From Candidatus Binatia bacterium (GTDB taxonomy: Bacteria > Desulfobacterota > Binatia > UBA9968 > CAXXLF01): a stretch of 64,000 nucleotides of DNA. Below the pieces are notes generated by a model, which saw only the letters and a list, made by a program, of their open reading frames with translations, was not told the DNA's origin and did not search any database. Numbering within the stretch: the stretch's first letter is position 1; each line of letters begins with the position of its first letter. The stretch is taken from the NCBI GenBank assembly GCA_963664015.2, contig CAXXLF010000002.1:1792001-1856000 (forward strand). Reading direction: 5' to 3'. Below, one piece after another: positions 50,803 through 60,650 of this stretch. A program made the position numbers and the translations under genes.

Positions 50803-51744
50803 TTAGAGGCCCGGGATACTTTTCAGTTTGATTCGTTTTCTGCGCACTTGGTCCATTACATAACGGGCTACGGCCAAGTCCTCGTCTGCAATACCGTTGG
50901 ACTGAAACAGGATTCTTTGGGAACGTCGTGGGGCCTTAGGCCTGCTGACGATCCTTTCCAGAGGAACAACCTTTTCCCATTTGAGGGCCCCAGCATTGCA
51001 AGCGGCAATCAGGTCACCGCTACCCCCCTTTGCGGTGGGAACATCGTCAGTGACCACGAGATCCATCCGCCGTATCAGCTTCGTAGAAACCTCGTGGCGC
51101 AGGTCACTGTTTGCTCCGATCGTAATAACAAGCGCTTCTTCTTTCAAACGAGCTCCCCCTATCACAGGAGTGGTCGAATTCGTAGCCAATGCGACGATGT
51201 CCGACTCCTTTTCAATCTTATCGATGGAAGGGCATTCCCTAAGCTCCACTGCCAGGTTTTGACTCATGCGCGAGATGAATTCTTTGAGCCTTTTTCTATG
51301 GCGACCAAAAACAAGCACTTGTTTTATTCGGCAGGTTCGTACAATAGCCTCTAATTGGTATGCGGCCTGTTTACCGGTTCCGATGAGGCCCAATACTGAC
51401 GCGCCCCTTGGTGCGAGATACCGGGCCGCCACGCCGCTTGCCGCACCGGTACGCAGGCTACTCAGGTACCGCGCGTTGAGCACCAGGCTGATTTCTCCGG
51501 TCCGCCCGTTGTAAAGGGTAATCGTATTTGCCCCGCCCATGTATGCTCTCAGGCAGATTATATCCCGGTCCTGTTGCCACGCGGCCATGATATTGAGCTG
51601 TCGAGCGCGAGCGCTGAGCCGTCTACGGGGAAGGCTCCGCACTTTGCCCGCCGCCCGGTCGCGAAAAATGCGCTCTACGACTCTCAGGGCGCTTGCCATA
51701 TCGATTAGCTTTCTCGTATGGTGTTCGTCAATAACATAGGGCAT
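50803..51744 (-). CDS. Ornithine cyclodeaminase/mu-crystallin family protein
   Basis: LRTGAASGVA, GLIGTGKQA, FQSNGIADEDLA. Confidence 0.9.
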   Translation of the reverse strand: MPYVIDEHHTRKLIDMASALRVVERIFRDRAAGKVRSLPRRRLSARARQLNIMAAWQQDRDIICLRAYMGGANTITLYNGRTGEISLVLNARYLSSLRTGAASGVAARYLAPRGASVLGLIGTGKQAAYQLEAIVRTCRIKQVLVFGRHRKRLKEFISRMSQNLAVELRECPSIDKIEKESDIVALATNSTTPVIGGARLKEEALVITIGANSDLRHEVSTKLIRRMDLVVTDDVPTAKGGSGDLIAACNAGALKWEKVVPLERIVSRPKAPRRSQRILFQSNGIADEDLAVARYVMDQVRRKRIKLKSIPGL

Positions 51745-51851
51745 AGGGCTGTTCCTGCCTATTCCGAAATTTGTTTGGATTGAACTCGGGTTGTAATTTG
51801 CGCTCCCTTACAGTCGAACTATCAAAATATCAAACAAGGGGCGACTAAGGA

Positions 51852-53189
51852 CTATTGCCTTCCCGGCTTTTCCTCGATTTCCTCGTCAGGGTCAATCTTA
51901 TTGATGACGAGGCCGCTCAGGAGTTTGGGATAGAAGTAAGTCGACTTCTGCGGCATCTTCTCGCCACCCATGGCCACGGTCAGGACCTGTTCCGGCCGGG
52001 GTGGGTTCAAGACAAAGGCGGCCTGGACAGCTCCCTTTTCCACAGCGTTCAGGGCGTCCTCCGCGTCTTGATTATAAGTGAGGTTACCGTCTTGAAGCTG
52101 AGCCTCGGGGCTAACGCCCAGGATATTCTCGATGAATAGGTGGTGCAGGACGGATACGTCGAGTTCCAGAAGGGATGCACTCATATCCTTTCCCAAGCGC
52201 TGCATGCTCCTTTTATTTTTCAATCGAAGAATCAGATAACGGGGGTCGTTTTTAAAGGAAGCGCCGATGAGTTGGCGTTTTTTCCCTTCCTTGTGGAAGT
52301 CTTTGAGGAACGAGCGCCTGCCTTCCCTAGTCTTGGGGTACTGTTCCATGTTGAAGTGCGCGTGAAGTTTTTCCTCGAGCTGTAAGAACGGAATGCGTGG
52401 AAATTCCCGCAACATCCGGTGGGTCGGGAAAATGACCAGACCCTCTTCGGTCATGTTTGAAAAATACATCATGACATAGTTAAAGGCTTCCCGACCGGTC
52501 CCATGAGGACGCTCACCACGCAGGTGGTCACGATAACTCGTGGCCGCCTCGTAGCGGTGGTGGCCATCGGCGATGAGCAGAGGTTGGTCCGCCATTTGCC
52601 GTTGGATCAGACCGATCAACTCCTCGTCTGTGATCTCCCACATTGAGGTGGAGCCCTTGCCTTCGTCCTTGACCTGAATCGTCGTCGGGATGCCCTGAAC
52701 GTGTTCTTTCAGCAACTGGCTAATAGTCTGCTTGGGCTGGGAATAAAGGGAAAAGATAGGGCTCAAGTGGGCTCCACAGGCTTGCAGGACTTTGATGCGG
52801 TCATCCAGCGGAGCCTTGTGGGTCTTTTCATGGGGAAGGACACCCCCTGCGGAAGAATCTTCTATACGGACAAGTGCCATGAAGCCCAGTCGCTCTTTTT
52901 CCTCTCCGGTCTTCAATTTGAAACGTTGACTCAATAAATAAATCGCCGGTCGATCGCTACGGACCAAGATTCCATCGGCCTGCCACTGCTCGAAGATGCG
53001 GGCGGCCTCTTCGTAGGGGTTGGGTTCCCGGTTGAGGATCAACCGCACGACGTTCTGAGGGGATTTTCGATAGAGCCGGTCTTGTTCCTCCGGCGAGATC
53101 ACGTCGTAGGGCGGTGCGACGACCTTGGAAAAGTCACGTACCTTTTTGGGGTTATAAACAATGCTACGAAACGGGGCGATGCGTACCAT
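51852..53189 (-). CDS. DUF1015 domain protein
   Basis: APPYDVI, PHEKT, IADGHHRYE, MPQKSTYFYPK. Confidence 0.93.
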   Translation of the reverse strand: MVRIAPFRSIVYNPKKVRDFSKVVAPPYDVISPEEQDRLYRKSPQNVVRLILNREPNPYEEAARIFEQWQADGILVRSDRPAIYLLSQRFKLKTGEEKERLGFMALVRIEDSSAGGVLPHEKTHKAPLDDRIKVLQACGAHLSPIFSLYSQPKQTISQLLKEHVQGIPTTIQVKDEGKGSTSMWEITDEELIGLIQRQMADQPLLIADGHHRYEAATSYRDHLRGERPHGTGREAFNYVMMYFSNMTEEGLVIFPTHRMLREFPRIPFLQLEEKLHAHFNMEQYPKTREGRRSFLKDFHKEGKKRQLIGASFKNDPRYLILRLKNKRSMQRLGKDMSASLLELDVSVLHHLFIENILGVSPEAQLQDGNLTYNQDAEDALNAVEKGAVQAAFVLNPPRPEQVLTVAMGGEKMPQKSTYFYPKLLSGLVINKIDPDEEIEEKPGRQ

Positions 53190-53264
53190 TTTAGATCCTT
53201 ACCGATAGAACGTTCAACAAAAATACTTCAACAAAGTCCTTCGCGTCAAGGCGACTGCGAATTA

Positions 53265-53495
53265 AAATCCGAATTCCGAAGCTCAGAATCTGAAACAAAC
53301 CAAAAACCTCAAATCCAAAAATCAAATTCCAAAACGATCTGGGAAAAAATCCGAAATCCTAATATCGAAATAGGAAACAGTTTCAAAATCTCAATTCTCA
53401 AAATCCAAACCCTTCCAATGAGAGTTTCTCCTACGTTTTTAAATGTTTTGAAATTAGTATTTTGAGTTTTCCCTTTTTGTTTCGAATTTATAATT
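53265..53495. repeat. Heptamer-periodic repeat arms forming a long hairpin element
   Basis: AAATCCG/AATTCCG/AAATCCA/AAATCCT units in two tandem arms followed by a T-rich complementary arm. Confidence 0.7.
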
Positions 53496-54143
53496 TTACT
53501 GGCTTGCTATGAACTTGTCCAACTCCTCTGAGCTGATTTCACCTTCCCGGATAATCTTGAAGCGGTCCTGTTGCATGTCCAGTACCGTGGAACCTTTTGG
53601 ACCTTTGAGCTCCCCACCGTCGAGGAAGTATTTGATTGCTGCCCCAAAATAACCGCGGGCCTGTGCCACCGTTTTGGCCGATTCGGCTCCGGAGGGATTG
53701 GCGCTGGTGGCGGTTATGGGAGATCCCAAGCCTTGAACCAAAGCGGCCGCTACCGGATGGCTGGAAACCCTGATTCCCACTCCCCCCTCGGGGTTGCAGA
53801 GCAGCCGGGTCAGCCCCTTATTGGCAGTCAAGACGAGAGTCAAGGGTCCCGGCCAAAAACGCCGGATCAGTTTTTTAGCCCGCGGAGGGACTTCGCTCAC
53901 AACCTGTTTGAGCATGGTACTATCGGCAACAATCAACGCGATGGGTTGATTGTGATCTCGCCCTTTTAGGGAGGCGACACGTTGAACCGCGGATTCATTC
54001 AAGGCATCGGCGGCCAGTCCATAGAAAGTCTCCGTGGGAAAAACAACCACCTCACCGGTACGCAATGCCTCCAGGGCACGGGCCAAGTGGGGACCGTTAT
54101 TTTCTTCTCTGGCTTTGGAGCTTGCGATTTTTTTCCTCGACAC
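53496..54143 (-). CDS. tsaC: L-threonylcarbamoyladenylate synthase
   Basis: FPTETFYGL, LKGR, FWPGPLT, ITATSANPSG. Confidence 0.94.
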   Translation of the reverse strand: MSRKKIASSKAREENNGPHLARALEALRTGEVVVFPTETFYGLAADALNESAVQRVASLKGRDHNQPIALIVADSTMLKQVVSEVPPRAKKLIRRFWPGPLTLVLTANKGLTRLLCNPEGGVGIRVSSHPVAAALVQGLGSPITATSANPSGAESAKTVAQARGYFGAAIKYFLDGGELKGPKGSTVLDMQQDRFKIIREGEISSEELDKFIASQ

Positions 54144-54618
54144 TCGCGGCCAACTCCTCTTTCAGTTGAGCCAACTTGGCAGCGATTTCAGGATCCTTAC
54201 GGGCCACGATCTGTGCTGCGAAGATCCCCGCGTTGGCGGCTCCGGCCTTGCCGATGGCCATGGTTGCCACCGGTACACCGGCCGGCATCTGAACGGTGGC
54301 CAGTAAGGCATCCATTCCCTTTAAAGCGGAGGAGTCGATGGGGACACCAATCACGGGAAGCGTAGTCTTCGCGGCCACCACCCCAGCCAGGTGAGCTGCG
54401 GCCCCGGCGCCAACGATGATCACTTCCAGACCCCTCTGTTCCGCTGATCCCGAGTACTCCATGGTTTGCACAGGAGACCGGTGCGCCGAAAGAATTCGGG
54501 TCTCGTAGGGTATCGCAAATTTGTCTAGCCTATTCTCCGCCTCACGCATGACCGGGTAATCGGAGTCGCTACCCATTAAAATCCCCACCTTAGGTTTCGT
54601 TGAGGTGTTTCCGTTCAC
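54097..54618 (-). CDS. purE: N5-carboxyaminoimidazole ribonucleotide mutase
   Basis: MGSDSD, SAHRSP, AGAAAHL, VQMP.GVPVAT. Confidence 0.97.
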   Translation of the reverse strand: MNGNTSTKPKVGILMGSDSDYPVMREAENRLDKFAIPYETRILSAHRSPVQTMEYSGSAEQRGLEVIIVGAGAAAHLAGVVAAKTTLPVIGVPIDSSALKGMDALLATVQMPAGVPVATMAIGKAGAANAGIFAAQIVARKDPEIAAKLAQLKEELAASVEEKNRKLQSQRRK

Positions 54619-54633
54619 TTGACCGATCCTCCT

Positions 54634-55908
54634 TTATGACGCAGGGGATAGGGCTCGATAGGCGATATCCCTGCGGTAGTGGACGCCTTGCCAACTGATC
54701 TTACCCACGGCACGATAAACCTCTTTGACAGCCTGTTCGATACTGCCTCCCAGGGCGGTCACTCCCAGTACCCTGCCGCCTGAGGTCAACCAGCGACCTT
54801 CCTTTTTCTCCGTTCCCGAGTGGAAGACAAACCCTTTATCCCAACTGCTCAAGCTTTCCAACCCCCGGATTTCTCTTCCCTTGTCATAAGGGCCCGGATA
54901 TCCCTGAGCACAGAGGACAACGCAGACGGAGGAGCCTTCATGCCACTCAGGTTTGACCCGGTCGAGTCCCCCATCAATGGTGGCTTCGAGTAGAGGTAGC
55001 AGGTCTCCCTTGAGGCGCATCATCAGCGGCTGGCATTCGGGATCGCCGAACCTGGCATTGAATTCTAGTACCTTGGGCCCATCGCTGGTAATCATGAGGC
55101 CCAGGTAAAGCACCCCTCGATAACAGACCCCTCTTTTTTTCAGACCCGCGAGGACGGGTATGAGAATGGTCTCCTCGATTTCCCGCTGCATCTGCGGACT
55201 GACCACGGGGGCAGGAGAATAAGCACCCATCCCGCCCGTATTGGGGCCTCCATCCCCGTCGAAAACCGCCTTGTGGTCTTGGGAGGAGGCCAGGGAAAGA
55301 AAATGTTCGCCGTCGGTCAGGGCCATGAAAGAGGTCTCTTCGCCGGTTAAAAATTCTTCGATGACCACTCGTTGCCCTGCTGGCCCAAAGGCCTGTTCGA
55401 CCATGATTTCGTCGACGGCCTTTTCCGCTTCCTGGGCAGTGAAGCACAAGCGGACTCCCTTACCAGCGGCCAGGCCGTCGGCCTTGACCACGCAGGGGTG
55501 TGTCTCGGCGGCATACGCCTGTGCGGCCTTGGGATCGATAAAGGTGGCGAAGGCGGCCGTAGGGATGCCGTTTTCGGCCATGATCTCCTTGGCAAAGCCC
55601 TTACTCCCCTCCAACTGGGCGGCTTCGAGATTTGGGCCAAAGACTCTGAGTCCACGAGCTTCAAATTGATTTGTAATTCCTAAAGTCAATGGGATCTCAG
55701 GCCCGACCACGGTCAGGTCGATTTGTTTCGTTACGGCAAATTCAACCAGCTTGTCGATCTCGCCGGCCTGAATCGGGACCAACTCTGCCAACTGGCCGAT
55801 GCCCCCATTGCCCGGGGCGCAATAGAGCTTGTCCGTCCTCGGGCTTTGCCTGAGTTTCCATCCCAGCGCGTGTTCCCTTCCTCCGCTGCCGATGAGCAGT
55901 ATTTTCAT
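54634..55908 (-). CDS. purD: Phosphoribosylamine--glycine ligase
   Basis: GSGGREHAL, LEGSK, KADGLAAGKGV, GPNTGGMGAY, EFNARFGDPE. Confidence 0.98.
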   Translation of the reverse strand: MKILLIGSGGREHALGWKLRQSPRTDKLYCAPGNGGIGQLAELVPIQAGEIDKLVEFAVTKQIDLTVVGPEIPLTLGITNQFEARGLRVFGPNLEAAQLEGSKGFAKEIMAENGIPTAAFATFIDPKAAQAYAAETHPCVVKADGLAAGKGVRLCFTAQEAEKAVDEIMVEQAFGPAGQRVVIEEFLTGEETSFMALTDGEHFLSLASSQDHKAVFDGDGGPNTGGMGAYSPAPVVSPQMQREIEETILIPVLAGLKKRGVCYRGVLYLGLMITSDGPKVLEFNARFGDPECQPLMMRLKGDLLPLLEATIDGGLDRVKPEWHEGSSVCVVLCAQGYPGPYDKGREIRGLESLSSWDKGFVFHSGTEKKEGRWLTSGGRVLGVTALGGSIEQAVKEVYRAVGKISWQGVHYRRDIAYRALSPAS

Positions 55909-56069
55909 AGTTTATGAGCCAGAAGGTTGAGAGGCCGCGACGTATAGAGACCGGACAACATTTCTGGATTCCGATCTTGGATCGTTTTGTCTTTCACTCA
56001 TCACTTCGTCGACATATGGCGCTTGAATCGACCTGTCCCTCGCCGGTCGCTGAAATAGTTTGTTCCCAA

Positions 56070-56149
56070 GCTGCTCAAAAAAATCTCAGACGCGAGTCAC
56101 GTGATCGATTAACAAGCGCAACGAAGCCTGTGAGCTCTTTTTCAGTAGC
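56070..56149. repeat. Small TIR-bounded intergenic element
   Basis: GCTGCTCAAAAAAATCTCA ... TGAGCTCTTTTTCAGTAGC. Confidence 0.5.
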
Positions 56150-56152
56150 CAA

Positions 56153-57727
56153 TTAGTGTCTGAAATGTCGGATACCGGTAAAAATCATGGCGATCCCATG
56201 TTCATTGGCTGCCGCGATGATGTCTTGATCCTTAATCGAGCCGCCTGGTTGAATGATAGCCTTAGCTCCGGCTTTGGCGGCTTCGTCTACCCCGTCACGG
56301 AAGGGATAAAAGGCGTCGGAGCCCACCGCCGATCCTCTTAGATCGAGGCCGTTGCCATGAGCGCGCATGACTGCGAGCTTGGATGAATCGACTCGGCTCA
56401 TCTGCCCCGCGCCGACCCCTAACAGCTGATCCCGTGCGGTAAAAACAATGGCGTTGGACTTTACGTGATGGCAAACGCGCCAGGCGAAATTCAGGGCATC
56501 ATACTCTTCCTCCGTGGGCTTGCGCTCGGTGGGCACCTTGCAATTTCTAACGTCCAGTGGCGCCTCGTCCCAATTCTGTACCAGCAGGCCGCCGTGCACT
56601 CGTCTGAGATCATAACTGGTCTCTTTTTTTGGAGTCATATCCATCTCCAGGAGACGGATGTTCAGCAAGCGCTTTGCCGAAGAGAGAATGGCCTTGGCCT
56701 CGGGAGTGAACGTGGGCGCGATGACGATCTCGAGAAAAATCTCCTTGAGTTCATTGGCGGTTTCCTCGTCCACCGGCCGGTTGAGTGCGATCACGCCTCC
56801 AAAGATCGAGACCGGATCAGATGCTTTGGCCTTGCGAAATGCGTCGGCCAAGGAATTTTTGGACAGCGCAAGCCCGCAGGGGTTGGTATGCTTGATGGCC
56901 ACCGCTGTCGTCTCGGTAAACTCAAGTACGCAGCTCAGTGCCGCATCGGCATCCAGGATATTGTTGAAGGAAAGCTCCTTCCCCTGAATCTGTTTGGCCC
57001 GAGCGATGGAAGGAGCGTTGTCTCCCGGTGAGCTATAGAAAACGGCCTGCTGGTGCGGATTCTCACCGTAGCGCAGGTCTTGGATCTTGGTGAACTGGAG
57101 ATTCAAGTTTTGACTCCAGGGAGTGGGTTCCCGGTTACTGTCCAGGGAACTCAAGTAATTAGATATGGCGCCATCGTAGTGGGCGGTGTATTGAAACGCC
57201 GTGCACGCCAGGCGGAACTTGGTCTGGGGGGAGAGTTCTCCATTGTGCTCTTTCAGTTCAGCGGATACGGATTCGTAGTCCGTCGGGTCGACAATCACGG
57301 CGACATGGGCATGGTTTTTCGCCGCTGCCCGGAGCATGGACGGGCCTCCGATGTCGATATTTTCTACAATCTCATCGAATGGAGCCTTTCGCGCTACCGT
57401 AGCTTCGAAAGGATAGAGGTTAACTACGACCAAATCGATGGGAACAATACCGTGCTCCTTCATCTGGGCCTGGTGTGTCGGGTTGTCCCTGACGGCGAGT
57501 ATCCCTCCGTGGATCCTGGGCTGAAGCGTCTTGACGCGGCCATCCATAATTTCAGGAAACCCGGTCAATTCGGAGACTTCCTTGACTTGGATCTGATTTT
57601 TTCTGAGTAGCTCTGCCGTTCCGCCGGTAGATAGGATCTCGATGCCGAGTCCCGATAGGTTGCGAGCCAATTCGATAATCCCGGTTTTGTCGGACACACT
57701 AATAAGAGCCCGTTGAATCTTACCCAC
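56153..57727 (-). CDS. purH: Bifunctional AICAR formyltransferase/IMP cyclohydrolase
   Basis: RALISVSDK, STGGT, IDIGGP, LRYGENPHQ, KHTNPCG, GAGQMSRVDS, RHFRH. Confidence 0.98.
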   Translation of the reverse strand: MGKIQRALISVSDKTGIIELARNLSGLGIEILSTGGTAELLRKNQIQVKEVSELTGFPEIMDGRVKTLQPRIHGGILAVRDNPTHQAQMKEHGIVPIDLVVVNLYPFEATVARKAPFDEIVENIDIGGPSMLRAAAKNHAHVAVIVDPTDYESVSAELKEHNGELSPQTKFRLACTAFQYTAHYDGAISNYLSSLDSNREPTPWSQNLNLQFTKIQDLRYGENPHQQAVFYSSPGDNAPSIARAKQIQGKELSFNNILDADAALSCVLEFTETTAVAIKHTNPCGLALSKNSLADAFRKAKASDPVSIFGGVIALNRPVDEETANELKEIFLEIVIAPTFTPEAKAILSSAKRLLNIRLLEMDMTPKKETSYDLRRVHGGLLVQNWDEAPLDVRNCKVPTERKPTEEEYDALNFAWRVCHHVKSNAIVFTARDQLLGVGAGQMSRVDSSKLAVMRAHGNGLDLRGSAVGSDAFYPFRDGVDEAAKAGAKAIIQPGGSIKDQDIIAAANEHGIAMIFTGIRHFRH

Positions 57728-57744
57728 GGTCTACGTTTTCCCCT

Positions 57745-58875
57745 TTAGGTTTTATGAAAACGAGGAACTCTTGAGGTGATGGATGTCAGAATCTCGTAGG
57801 AAATGGTGTTCGCCCAGCCGGCCATCTCTTCCGCTGAAATGACCGCCTCCTTCTGCTTCCCGAGGAGGACCACCTCGTCTCCCTGTTTCACTCCGCCTAT
57901 ATCGGTAACATCCACCATTGTCAAATCCATGCATACCCTGCCGATCACCGGTGCCCGTTGACCACGAACCAATACGGCACCGCAGTTCGAAAGCAGGCGT
58001 TTGTAACCGTCAGCGTAGCCCACCGGGAGTGTCGCCACGAGGGTCTCCCTCCGGGTCGTGAAGGTCTGTCCATAGCTGATACTCGTACCTTGAGGTACCC
58101 GTTTGACTTGCTGGATATGTGTCTTCCATGTCAATGCAGGTTTGAGGGAGGCCTCCTTTACCATGGGTTGGGAGGGATAATAGCCGTAGAGCATTAGTCC
58201 CGGCCGCACCATATTGAAATGGGCCGGGCGAAGGGTCATGACCCCGGCGCTGTTTGCCAGGTGGGCGAGTGATGGACTGTGTCCCTGGTTTTGAAGCCTA
58301 TGAAGGATAGCTTTAAAAGACTCTAGCTGTTTGAGGGTGTAGTCTTGCAGGACGCTTTCGGCTTTTGAAAAATGAGACATGAGCCCCTCGAACCTGAGTC
58401 GCTTCAGCCTTCCCAAGTCCCGCAACATGGAATCCATTTGCTCCGCAGGGAATCCGATGCGCCCCATCCCCGTATCGACCTTCAGATGAAAGTTCAAATG
58501 GATCCGGCGTCGTTGGGCTAGCCTCTCAAGACTCTTGAGAGTCATGGAATCCCCAATTACCGGTGTCAAGCGATACCGTACGAGATCACCCGCCTGATCG
58601 GGGCGGACTCCCGTAAGAACGAGAACAGAAGACTTGACCCCAGCCTTTCTAAGCTCGATTCCTTCCTCGACCGTTGCCGTACCAAAAAAGTCGCACCCTG
58701 ATTGTTCCAAAGCCCTTGCCACTTGTGGGGCCCCATGGCCATAGGCATCCGCCTTGACAACGGATAGGATCTTGACGTGGGAGGCGATTTTCTTTTTGAC
58801 CTGGCGGAAGTTCCAGCGAATGGCATTCAGATCCACCAGACAGTAGGTCGGGCGGCCTTTAGGAAAAACACTCAT
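57745..58875 (-). CDS. alr: Alanine racemase
   Basis: VVKADAYGHG, KVDTGMGR.G, GYADGY, GRVCMD, TISYE. Confidence 0.97.
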   Translation of the reverse strand: MSVFPKGRPTYCLVDLNAIRWNFRQVKKKIASHVKILSVVKADAYGHGAPQVARALEQSGCDFFGTATVEEGIELRKAGVKSSVLVLTGVRPDQAGDLVRYRLTPVIGDSMTLKSLERLAQRRRIHLNFHLKVDTGMGRIGFPAEQMDSMLRDLGRLKRLRFEGLMSHFSKAESVLQDYTLKQLESFKAILHRLQNQGHSPSLAHLANSAGVMTLRPAHFNMVRPGLMLYGYYPSQPMVKEASLKPALTWKTHIQQVKRVPQGTSISYGQTFTTRRETLVATLPVGYADGYKRLLSNCGAVLVRGQRAPVIGRVCMDLTMVDVTDIGGVKQGDEVVLLGKQKEAVISAEEMAGWANTISYEILTSITSRVPRFHKT

Positions 58876-59371
58876 TTGAAATAGGTGAAAGAGGGTGGGA
58901 GACCGGTTCAATCACCAGATAACCGGATAACAAATCTCAATCCGGTTGTAAAGGACGCATGGAATTCAATCGGCCAATTGTACCCTTTCGTCTCCCGGTG
59001 GTATGGGCCCAGTTCCAGTGCCTGGCCCAGGGCGCGGCCGTCGTAGCAAAAAAGTCCTGAAGACATTCCATGGATACTGTCTCAAGTGGTGAAGGACCCG
59101 TGACCACGCTTCAATGTGGGGTCAGAAAAGTGGAGTTCCTCCTGTTATTTTACGGTATAGACCACGGCTGTTTCGAGTTGACTTCACACGTTGAATTCGG
59201 ATAGTCTCTGTGCCTTGATAAGAAACTTAGGTGGTCACATAGGCCAGTGTGGTTTCACATGGGGTATCGAGAGGTCTCGTAAAGCCAGGTGTTCGTTGGA
59301 AGAGCATTCCAAAAAAGAGAGTTTCGCTCGCGATAGATAGTCATATACCAAAACTATTGATTGGAGGATGT

Positions 59372-60433
59372 ATGAAGCACAGAAAAGTTCACAAAACAGC
59401 CAAGGCCATTCTGGCACTATCCTGCTTTATGTTTGCAATGGCTTTAATTGCAGGTCCAAAGGAAGCCACCGCTGCTCCGTACTTTAAGGGCAAAACAATA
59501 ACCATCGTTGTCGGATACGGGGCCGGAGGTGGATTCGATATCATGGCGCGACTCTTTGCCCGTCACATGCCACGTTTTATAGAGGGGAAGCCCCGATTCA
59601 TTGTGCAGAACAAGCCCGGCGCAGGAGGGCTTATCACGGCCAACTGGGTTTACGGAAAACAGCCCGGGGACGGGCGCACCATCGCGATGTTTCATTATTC
59701 CTTTGTCACGCAAGCGCTCATGGGCGACCCAACGGTCAAGTTTGACCCGCTGAAGTACATCTGGTTTGACGAGCCTACCATTGGGACTCTTCCTCGGGTG
59801 GTCTTTCTCAGAAGCAGTCTGGGTATCCGTACGCTTGAGGACTTAATGAATTCCAAGAAACCTTTCGCCATGGGTGAAACCGGTAGAGGAACGGGGTCAG
59901 CCGTAGCCACCGAATTTCTCAAGAGTGTTGGTGTTCCGCTCACGAATATTCTTGGTTACGGGGGGTCGGCGGATACCTTTGCAGCTATAGAGCGCGGTGA
60001 GGTCGATGGACGGGTTACGTCACAGGAAAGCGCCATCACAAGATACAAGCGCTTTCTCGATGATGATATCATTCGGCCGATTCTAGCTATGGGCAGCGAC
60101 TCGAGGCTCAAACCTTTTCCCGGTGTAGCCACCCTCGACGACCTGAAGCTCGACCCCAAGCAGAAGAGGATGGCCAAGTTTTTAACGCGAACATGGAGCC
60201 GTCTGCGTATGTTTGCACTGCCCCCAGGGACACCCCCGGATAGGGTTAAAATGCTCCGTGACGCGTTCCGGGCGACGCTTACGGACGAGAAATTTCTCAA
60301 AGAGGCCAAAAAACAGCGGATGATCATTGCTCCGGCTCCCTGGCAGGACATCGTAGCGGACATCAAGGGCCTAGCGGAAGCTCCACCGGAAGTCGTCAAG
60401 GGGTATCGGAAGCTTCTCGGTCTAAAAAACTAA
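59372..60433 (+). CDS. Tripartite tricarboxylate transporter substrate-binding protein (Bug/TctC)
   Basis: GKTITIVVGYGAGGGFD..AR, NKPGAGG, ERGEVDG, PPGTP; GGAGG RBS. Confidence 0.92.
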   Translation: MKHRKVHKTAKAILALSCFMFAMALIAGPKEATAAPYFKGKTITIVVGYGAGGGFDIMARLFARHMPRFIEGKPRFIVQNKPGAGGLITANWVYGKQPGDGRTIAMFHYSFVTQALMGDPTVKFDPLKYIWFDEPTIGTLPRVVFLRSSLGIRTLEDLMNSKKPFAMGETGRGTGSAVATEFLKSVGVPLTNILGYGGSADTFAAIERGEVDGRVTSQESAITRYKRFLDDDIIRPILAMGSDSRLKPFPGVATLDDLKLDPKQKRMAKFLTRTWSRLRMFALPPGTPPDRVKMLRDAFRATLTDEKFLKEAKKQRMIIAPAPWQDIVADIKGLAEAPPEVVKGYRKLLGLKN

Positions 60434-60443
60434 AAGGCAACTC

Positions 60444-60490
60444 GGAAACGTCCGGCACAGTGCATGCCACAAGCTGTGCCGGACGTTTCC
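60444..60490 (+). terminator. Strong stem-loop between TctC-like and TctA-like genes
   Basis: 17-bp perfect stem GGAAACGTCCGGCACAG / CTGTGCCGGACGTTTCC. Confidence 0.6.
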
Positions 60491-60650
60491 AATTACAGAG
60501 TTGCTGTTGGGAGTCGCTGAATTCTTCAGTTTGTCAATTTGGGCCTCACCGGTCCAAAACTATTCCATCGGGGCGAACCCGCTGTTTGTCTTGACGGAGT
60601 TTGTATTTATTTGATGCGATTTCCTGATCTTAGTTCCGCAGGGGCCCTCC

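Noticed and set aside
53265-53495. CRISPR array or coding ORF 53082-53465
   Set aside because: No constant repeat-spacer units; the ORF is a low-complexity by-product of the heptamer repeats and overlaps the DUF1015 gene antisense.
58980-59040. ZTP (pfl) riboswitch upstream of the purH operon
   Set aside because: Only ACCACCGGG resembles it; the GACUGGCG element and downstream CGCCUGGG pseudoknot partner are not in the right order.
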